Shown in pieces: positions 57,550 to 64,000 of a stretch of DNA of 64,000 bases. The position numbers and the translations under genes were made by a program. The DNA is from an uncultured Candidatus Saccharibacteria bacterium (GTDB taxonomy: Bacteria; Patescibacteriota; Minisyncoccia; UBA6257; WO2-44-18), in assembly GCA_964637575.1 (NCBI GenBank), contig CAZWVU010000003.1, forward strand, positions 65,586 to 129,585, given 5' to 3'. Below the pieces are notes generated by a model. That model was not told the DNA's origin. It did no database searches and saw nothing but the letters and a program-made list of their open reading frames with translations. Positions within the stretch are counted from its first letter, which is position 1; every line of letters starts with the position of its first letter.

Positions 57550-60500
57550 ATGTTTAAGCCAAAGAGAATACTCTTTTTGGTGCTTATTGGACTGGCACTG
57601 TCAGGCTTTCTTTTTGCATGTGAAAGGACGGCCAATGCGGAACTCACCGTCGTTGCCGGGCCGTACACGAATGCCGCGTTGCAGCAGGTGTCTGACAGCC
57701 CCGTCCAAACACTGGAAGGTTGGTTCCGCAATCTTGGCAGTTTAATTATCAGCAACGTGCGCCATACCGCGGTGAGCGTGGCGGATATATTCCGGCCCGG
57801 CGCCGCCCAGCCGCTGGCCCAGCTTCTTCCGCAGAACCAGCTTGCGCAAACAGTAGAAGTGACTCCGTTGCCCGGCACGGAAACGGTCAACAAGACCACC
57901 TCCACGTCCGGCTCGGTCACCACTCAGGTCATCGAACGTCAGATCACCCCGATCCAGATCAGTGTCAGCGTGAGCCAGAACGCTTCCAATAGTAATCTCC
58001 AGACGGAGATCAACGCGCTCCAGTCCCAATTCACCGCCTTCCAGCAATCCCAATCCCAGGTCACCCAATCTATTTTCCAGGTGGTCGGGCAAAGCAGTAT
58101 CTCCAGCAAATTTGTCACTGATCTTCTCACTGATGCCAACATTCCCAACAACATCACCGTTTCCGGATATCTTCCGGTGGCCGGAGGCAGCTTGAGCGGC
58201 GATTTGGGTGTGGGTGGCGTATTGAGCGTCACCGGCACTGCTACTTCTTCGGTAAGCGGTCCGCTCACTATCACCACGACGACCGCGACCTCTTCCTTCA
58301 GCGGGGGATTGACGGTGGCGGCGACGAGCGGCGTCTTCGGCATCGGCACGACTACTCCAGGCGCTGCGCTCGCCGTTGCGGGCAACGCGGTAGTCGGCGG
58401 GAACACGACCATCGTCGGCAATCTGGACATTCAGGGTTCCTGCACCGGCTGCGGCGGTTCTTCGATCGTGAATCTTAGCGAAGCCGGATCGCTCGATGGC
58501 TTTGCCTCCACTGCTCCCTGGGGCGTCTTATCGGTTGAGCAGATATCTTCCAACAATACCAACCTTCCCGCCTTTATCGTTTCCGATCAGGGCACCTCGA
58601 CCGCCTCACTCATCGTGATGAACAACAACGGGTATGTCGGCATCGGCACCAACACTCCTTCGGAGCGGTTTACCGTGGGAAAAGGGAATTTCCTGAATCC
58701 GATCGCGAGCACGACGCCGCTTGCCGGTGTGGATTTCGGCAGCGATGCCGTTGAGGGCATGGCCATTGTCGGCCGCTACGCGTATGTAGTAACGACCGGC
58801 GATACGGGAACCTGCACGACCTCAACGTTTACCGGCTGCGAATTCAAGATTATCGATCTCCACAATATCAAAAAACCGGCTATCGTCGGCGGGTACGATC
58901 TGGAATCCACCAGTTCCTTTACCGATGGTGGCGAGTCCATCGCGGTTTACGGCCGCTACGCGTATGTCGGGAAGTACCAGAGTGCGAAAACCTGCAGCCA
59001 GCCGAACAATGTCAAAGGCTGCGAGCTGGTGATCTTTGATATTTCCAATCCGGCTTCCACGACGGTGGTGAGCGGCACCAATTTTGACACTGTGGGCATC
59101 CGGGCGATTCAGACGAACGGCCGCTATGCATATATCGGGACCAGCCGGGACAGCGTGACGTGCTCCGTTCCGGGCGAGCCGGAAGGTTGCGATTTTCAGG
59201 TGTACGACGTATCCAACGTTGCCTCCACCACCTTTATCGGCGGCACAGATCTTAAAGACGGAGTCAGCAACATCGGAGTTACCATCAACGGGGTCCAGAT
59301 CCGCGGTAAATATGCCTATGTCGCCAAGTCGGAATCGGGCGGCGAAACGTGCGACACTACATATGTTACCTGCGAATTTGTGATCTATGATATTTCCGAT
59401 CCGACCAACCCGACGGCGATCGGCGGCGCCGATCTTGGTCCGGCCGCCAACAGCCAGGTGGCGTATGGACTCGCCATCCAGGGACGGTACGCTTACATTA
59501 CTACTGACGACCAGGCTGCCGCGTGCACCCCGTCTACCGGCAATGGCTGCGGACTGCTCGTGTTTGATATATCCAATCCCGCCTCTCCCTCGCTGGTAAA
59601 CGGTTTTGATATCGCCAACAACAGCGGCTCCGGCGTCATCGCCTTCGGACATTATCTGGTAGTGACCAACTCCGTTAATTCCGGGAATTGCACCGGCCAA
59701 AGCGATTGCACCACGAGTATATTCGATATCAGCAACCCGAACTCTCCTTCGTTTCTTGCCGGCGTTGATACCGGCGAGAAGGGCGTCGTGAGCGATGGTT
59801 TTCTCAACGCGGACGGCCGTTATCTGTTCATGTATGGCGGCGAAAACAGCACTGTCTGCAGTGGCACGGATGTGAGCGGCTGCGAACTTCGCGTCTACGA
59901 CCTCGGCGGCTCCGAGATCGGTTCCGCCAACATCGGATCCCTGGAAGCGGGCATTGTTTCCACGCAAGGCGATCTGACCGTCGGCGGCAATGCCAGGATC
60001 GCCTCCGGCCTCAACGTCGGCTTCGCCGGCATTGGCACTGAAGGCACCCTGATGGTAGCTTCCTCATCTTCATTCTTCGGACCGATCGGCGTCGGCACCA
60101 CTTCACCGCAAGGCATGGTGGCTATCGATAACTCCGTCGCCGGCACCAAAATGCCCGCACTTCTCATCAAAGCCGGCGGCACGGGCAACGGCAATATCGC
60201 CATCGCGGTTAGTTCAACCGAAGTTTGCAAAGATACCGTGAACGTCGCCACCTGCGTGCTCAACGACCTTGCGGAGCTTTACCCTGCTTCCGGTCAGCTG
60301 GAAGGCGGGGACATCGTTGCCTTTGATTCTGGCGCGCCGATTAATGTGAAAAAAGCCGGCTATGACAATCGTGAACAGCTGGCGGGTGTTCTCTCTACAA
60401 ACCCGGCGATCGTTTTTGAAGGTTCCAAGATCAAGATTATGGGCGGCTCTTATCAGTGGGAAGGCAGCAGCGTACCGGTAGCGCTCTCCGGAAGAATTCC

Positions 60501-61053
60501 GGTCAAGGTCTCTCTGGACAACGGTCCGATTCATATCGGTGATCCGATCACGATCTCTACTTCCACGCCCGGCGTCGGCGTGAAGGCCACCGAATCCGGC
60601 AAGATCATCGGCTACGCGCTGGAAAATCTCGATACGGCAACGACCGCCCCGGGAGTATTTGAAAAAGTAATGATCTTCGCCAACCTGACTTACTGGCAGA
60701 ATCCGAAACAGGACAGCCAGAGTTGGCTCGCCGCCGTCGCTGACTGGCTGAAGGGAGCGGTAGTAACAATACAGGAATTATTCGTCGGGAAACTTACGGT
60801 GGGAACGCCGGATCAGCCGGCGGGAATTACCATGTATGACCAGGCGACCGGACAGCCGTACTGCTTCGGTCTCCGGAATGGCGCCGCGGAATATGTGCCG
60901 GGGGCGTGCGGATCCGCCGCGTCTGTTACCACGCCTTCTTCACCGTCCGATCCTTCGCCATCTTCTTCCGATTCTGCAACTTCAACGACCACTCCGGATA
61001 CTGCTACTCCCGATACCGTGGTTCCTGATGCCTCTGGCACGCCGTCGCAGTAG
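57550..61053 (+). CDS. Giant cell-surface protein with seven LVIVD-type beta-propeller repeats and a Ser/Thr/Pro-rich tail
   Basis: N-terminal signal/anchor. Seven repeats of G(R/K)YAY(V/I)...C....C(E/D)(F/L).(I/V)(F/Y)D(I/V)SNP..P...G. C-terminus is PSSPSDPSPSSSDSATSTTTP. Confidence 0.6.
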   Translation: MFKPKRILFLVLIGLALSGFLFACERTANAELTVVAGPYTNAALQQVSDSPVQTLEGWFRNLGSLIISNVRHTAVSVADIFRPGAAQPLAQLLPQNQLAQTVEVTPLPGTETVNKTTSTSGSVTTQVIERQITPIQISVSVSQNASNSNLQTEINALQSQFTAFQQSQSQVTQSIFQVVGQSSISSKFVTDLLTDANIPNNITVSGYLPVAGGSLSGDLGVGGVLSVTGTATSSVSGPLTITTTTATSSFSGGLTVAATSGVFGIGTTTPGAALAVAGNAVVGGNTTIVGNLDIQGSCTGCGGSSIVNLSEAGSLDGFASTAPWGVLSVEQISSNNTNLPAFIVSDQGTSTASLIVMNNNGYVGIGTNTPSERFTVGKGNFLNPIASTTPLAGVDFGSDAVEGMAIVGRYAYVVTTGDTGTCTTSTFTGCEFKIIDLHNIKKPAIVGGYDLESTSSFTDGGESIAVYGRYAYVGKYQSAKTCSQPNNVKGCELVIFDISNPASTTVVSGTNFDTVGIRAIQTNGRYAYIGTSRDSVTCSVPGEPEGCDFQVYDVSNVASTTFIGGTDLKDGVSNIGVTINGVQIRGKYAYVAKSESGGETCDTTYVTCEFVIYDISDPTNPTAIGGADLGPAANSQVAYGLAIQGRYAYITTDDQAAACTPSTGNGCGLLVFDISNPASPSLVNGFDIANNSGSGVIAFGHYLVVTNSVNSGNCTGQSDCTTSIFDISNPNSPSFLAGVDTGEKGVVSDGFLNADGRYLFMYGGENSTVCSGTDVSGCELRVYDLGGSEIGSANIGSLEAGIVSTQGDLTVGGNARIASGLNVGFAGIGTEGTLMVASSSSFFGPIGVGTTSPQGMVAIDNSVAGTKMPALLIKAGGTGNGNIAIAVSSTEVCKDTVNVATCVLNDLAELYPASGQLEGGDIVAFDSGAPINVKKAGYDNREQLAGVLSTNPAIVFEGSKIKIMGGSYQWEGSSVPVALSGRIPVKVSLDNGPIHIGDPITISTSTPGVGVKATESGKIIGYALENLDTATTAPGVFEKVMIFANLTYWQNPKQDSQSWLAAVADWLKGAVVTIQELFVGKLTVGTPDQPAGITMYDQATGQPYCFGLRNGAAEYVPGACGSAASVTTPSSPSDPSPSSSDSATSTTTPDTATPDTVVPDASGTPSQ

Positions 61054-61062
61054 TAGAATGTC

Positions 61063-62547
61063 ATGTCCAAGAAAATCTTTTTCGTCATTGGAGCAGGGTT
61101 AGCACTGCTGGCCGCGACCGCGTTCGCGCAGACGACTTTCACGCTCACGCTCCATCTTACCAATCCCGGACCGGATGCGGTGAATGTTGTCGGCAAATTC
61201 ACCCTGCCCGATTGCCTTATCCCGCAGAATTTGCCGGCGGGCCAGTCTTGGGATCCCATCTCGCGCGTACTCCGGGCGCCGCTTGGCCCGCTCGCGAGCG
61301 GAGAGACTGCGTCAATTCCGATTGAAGTGGAAGTGACAACTCCGCAGTGCTCCGGCAACGCCACGGTGGAAGGGGAATACACCTACAGCTATGTTACTTC
61401 CGGCGCGGGCGGCGGCAGCCAGCCGGCGCAACATGTTCCTCCCACGCCCGAAACCATTACTCCCGCTCCCGCCGAGCAGTCGGCCGCGCCCGGCGGCGCC
61501 AGCGCCGGCGGACCGCTCCAGACTTTGAATTTCCTGCCTTCGCCGGTCGCGAACGCGGTGCGGTCGCTGCGGGAAAATCCCCAGGCGGTGGCGATCGTGA
61601 ACCAGGCGGTGGCGCCGGCGGCGCTGCTCGCAAGCGCCCTTTCCACCATCGTCGTTACCGGCAACGCCGTAGCCGCCGGGTCGCATATCGTCCTCGGCTG
61701 GTGGCAGACGCTCCGGTTTATTTTTCTTGGATTTTTAAAACGGAAGCCGAGATATCCCTGGGGGCGTGTGATCAACCAGTGGACGCAACAGCCGATTGCC
61801 GGCGCCCGGGTAAACGTGGTGGAGCCGGTGTTCAAGCGGGTAAAAGAAACGCAGCTTACCGACCGCGAGGGACGTTTCGGATTTCTGGTAACGCCCGGCG
61901 CCTATTACCTGACGGTGTCCCGGGCGGGGTTTGCGCCGGCGCACACCGAGGAGTTTTCCGTGGGGGAGAACGTGGCGGCGCTGAATCTGACGGTGGAAAT
62001 GGTGGAAACGCGGAGAATTCTTTCCGACGTGCGGACCTGGTGGGTGAAATTCATCCATGCCGTCAACGACTTTTTGTACCAGATCAATCCGCTGGTGCTG
62101 GTGGTGGGCACGGGAATCAGCGCGTTTGCACTTCTCGTGGTGCCCAGTACGCTGAATGTGATCGTGCTGATTTCCTACGCCGTAATTGACGCCGCCAAAG
62201 CCTGGCTTTCACTCTATTCCGCGAAGTCCTATGGCCTGGTTATCGATCAACAGACCCGTCTGCCGCTCGCGTTGAGTGTCATCAGAATTTTTAACGTCGA
62301 CAACAACTGGCTGATCGGCACGCGCGTCGCCGATGACCGCGGCCGCTTCACTTTCCTTACGCTCCCGGGGCGCTACTATCTAAGCTGCGACAAAGCCGGT
62401 TATCAGGAGTTGAAAACCGCCCCGATCGCGATCAGCCACGCCAATATTTTCAGGCAGACGCTGGCGCTTGCGCCGGCTTCGCAGGATATTCCGCCCAGTT
62501 ATCCACAAAGTCTTCCGCCCGATGAAAGTCGTGGTATTATGAAATAG
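61063..62547 (+). CDS. Secreted/membrane protein with two carboxypeptidase-regulatory-like beta-sandwich domains
   Basis: Signal peptide. Ala/Pro-rich linker. Two repeats (GARVNVVE...DREGRFGFLVTPGAYYLTV and TRVADDRGRFTFLTLPGRYYLSC) flank two TM helices. Confidence 0.45.
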   Translation: MSKKIFFVIGAGLALLAATAFAQTTFTLTLHLTNPGPDAVNVVGKFTLPDCLIPQNLPAGQSWDPISRVLRAPLGPLASGETASIPIEVEVTTPQCSGNATVEGEYTYSYVTSGAGGGSQPAQHVPPTPETITPAPAEQSAAPGGASAGGPLQTLNFLPSPVANAVRSLRENPQAVAIVNQAVAPAALLASALSTIVVTGNAVAAGSHIVLGWWQTLRFIFLGFLKRKPRYPWGRVINQWTQQPIAGARVNVVEPVFKRVKETQLTDREGRFGFLVTPGAYYLTVSRAGFAPAHTEEFSVGENVAALNLTVEMVETRRILSDVRTWWVKFIHAVNDFLYQINPLVLVVGTGISAFALLVVPSTLNVIVLISYAVIDAAKAWLSLYSAKSYGLVIDQQTRLPLALSVIRIFNVDNNWLIGTRVADDRGRFTFLTLPGRYYLSCDKAGYQELKTAPIAISHANIFRQTLALAPASQDIPPSYPQSLPPDESRGIMK

Positions 62548-62556
62548 TAAAAAACT

Positions 62557-63432
62557 ATGGACGGCGACGATGTAAAAATAACCACCGGTGAAGGCAGGGG
62601 TCCGGAAACCCCGCCTGTTTCCCCGTCCCCGATGACTCCTCCCGCAAGCCAGCCGGATTTTCTTTCTTCCGATAATCTTGCTCCGTCTCCGGTCCCCGCA
62701 GGGGTGGAAGCAGGCCCGCGGCCGCTTCGCGTCATCGTCTTTGTGCTGGTCGGGCTGATCTTTGTCGTCGGCATCGGCGCGCTCGGTTATTTCGTTATCT
62801 ACCCGATTATTTTTCCGGCAAAGGCTCCGGCGGAAAATCCCGCGGTCAACACCCTGCCTCCGGTAACGCAGGCGTCTCATGCTTCCTATCTTAAGGCTTC
62901 ACCGTCGGGAACCGCCGAAATCAAGCTTGGCGATACCAACTATCCGACCATTGCCAGCGCCCTGCAAAATGAATCCCTCAATCAGCTGGCGGACGGCCAG
63001 TATAAAGAAGTAAGAATTTCCAGCAACAGCGGGCAGGTTCCCTTCGCCGCGTATCTCGGCGGCGTGAGCCCGGCGACAAAAGCGCTGGCTCTCGGCGACT
63101 GGTTTGAAAATGATTTTACGGCCCTGTTGTACTATGATCCCGCCGGTGTGTGGCCGGTGTATGTCGCCAAATTGAAACAGGGCGTGGCGCCGAGCGCGGT
63201 CATGTCGGGTTTTAAAGGCGCTGAAGGCGTCCTGGATCTTTCCAACTTCTATCTGAACTCGCCGGGAACGTTCAGCGCGTTCAAGGATGGAAAAGTGGCC
63301 ACCTACGCGACGCGGTATACCATCGCAAGCACCCCTGGCGCTGCGTTCAACTATGGCGTTGCCGGAGATTACTTTATCATCAGCACCAACTACAACGCGC
63401 TGAAGGGCGTGTTGCCGAAGCTGGGACTCTAA
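62557..63432 (+). CDS. Membrane-anchored hypothetical protein with a Pro-rich N-terminus
   Basis: TM helix after a Pro/Ser-rich N-terminal region. Beta-rich ectodomain. Confidence 0.4.
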   Translation: MDGDDVKITTGEGRGPETPPVSPSPMTPPASQPDFLSSDNLAPSPVPAGVEAGPRPLRVIVFVLVGLIFVVGIGALGYFVIYPIIFPAKAPAENPAVNTLPPVTQASHASYLKASPSGTAEIKLGDTNYPTIASALQNESLNQLADGQYKEVRISSNSGQVPFAAYLGGVSPATKALALGDWFENDFTALLYYDPAGVWPVYVAKLKQGVAPSAVMSGFKGAEGVLDLSNFYLNSPGTFSAFKDGKVATYATRYTIASTPGAAFNYGVAGDYFIISTNYNALKGVLPKLGL

Positions 63433-63440
63433 CACCTACT

Positions 63441-63680
63441 ATGGCGAACAAAGACTTTGAAGATCTGAAGACGAGACTTCTTAAGGAACAAAAAGAAATT
63501 GCCGAAACGCTCGCGAAAATGCCGGAGGTGCCGGATTCGGGCAGCGACGTGGAAGGGGAGGAGGCGGAAGAGGAAACTGATGAAGCGGAGGACTATTTCA
63601 ACCAGATCAGCCAGAAGCAGGCGCTCAAAACCCGTCTCGTGGAGATCAAGGATCAGTTAGACAAACTTTCCAGGGGTTAG
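63441..63680 (+). CDS. Small acidic coiled-coil protein (DksA/TraR-N-terminal-like, no zinc finger)
   Basis: Coiled-coil heptads and an acidic tract. No CxxC motif. Confidence 0.35.
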   Translation: MANKDFEDLKTRLLKEQKEIAETLAKMPEVPDSGSDVEGEEAEEETDEAEDYFNQISQKQALKTRLVEIKDQLDKLSRG

Positions 63681-63851
63681 ACGGTTATCGGAAAATTCTC
63701 TCGGGAACCGGGTGTCCGTCGCGCTCCGGCGGCGCGCCGGCACCGCTTAGCTCTCGCCGATTCGCAAGGCACCAAGCCGAATCGTCTCCGAGATATTCCC
63801 TCAAGAACTTTCCGATACCCGTCTTTTTATTTATTTTTTTGAATAATGAAA

Positions 63852-63885
63852 AACCGCCCTCGAAAGGGCGGCTTAGTTTTATTTG
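63852..63885. terminator. Bidirectional terminator
   Basis: ccgccct / agggcgg stem with a cgaa loop. An A-run precedes it and a T-run follows. Confidence 0.55.
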
Positions 63886-64000
63886 AATCGCTTGGAGCAA
63901 AAGCCGGCTTTGCGGGCGTAGATCGCGGGTCGCGGCGGGACATATTTCCGGGCGTTTTCCCACCAGGTTTCCCAGACTTTCCTGGTCAGGTCCCAAGTGG

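Noticed and set aside
63685-63996. 103-aa minus-strand ORF at the window end
   Set aside because: The reading frame passes directly through a strong terminator hairpin (63852-63885). More likely non-coding.

Overview
The window reads as a streamlined, moderately GC-rich bacterial chromosome segment. It is dominated by translation and replication housekeeping genes: valS, glyQS, metG, leuS, glmS, rplS, topA, dprA, infB, rbfA, gpmI, gyrA, rpsA, rpsO and pnp. I also called seven tRNA genes: four Leu isoacceptors plus Val, Ile and Cys. Several proteins are unusually short (ValRS 716 aa, MetRS 487 aa, IF-2 about 470 aa, Rel 557 aa), several promoters look leaderless, and there are many membrane-anchored hypothetical proteins. 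Together these suggest a reduced genome such as CPR/Patescibacteria, but that is an inference, not a database result. There is no CRISPR array and no rRNA.

Four stretches look accessory. The first (39.65-43.96 kb) is a compositionally GC-rich segment next to tRNA-Leu(TAG). It carries a duplicated two-gene module: an SPFH/band-7 protein followed by a novel membrane-anchored partner. The second (43.96-46.5 kb) is an operon of three paralogous secreted two-helix hairpin proteins plus a solute-binding protein. The third (49.9-53.1 kb) is an AT-rich segment. It carries a GIY-YIG gene, a zinc-ribbon/DUF4145-like gene, a small membrane protein and a predicted PD-(D/E)xK nuclease, and is a candidate defence locus. 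The fourth (57.5-63.4 kb) holds a giant LVIVD beta-propeller surface protein and neighbouring envelope proteins.

Non-coding signals worth a second look:
- a 63-nt structured repeat present twice (9138 and 57384);
- a 35-bp AT-rich element identical upstream of glyQS and infB;
- a 19-bp duplication of the tRNA-Ile 3' end, resembling an att scar;
- a long structured leader at 28.5-28.8 kb;
- a Cys-rich micropeptide at 34840-35016.

All functional calls rest on recognised motifs and domain architecture read from the translations; no searches were run.
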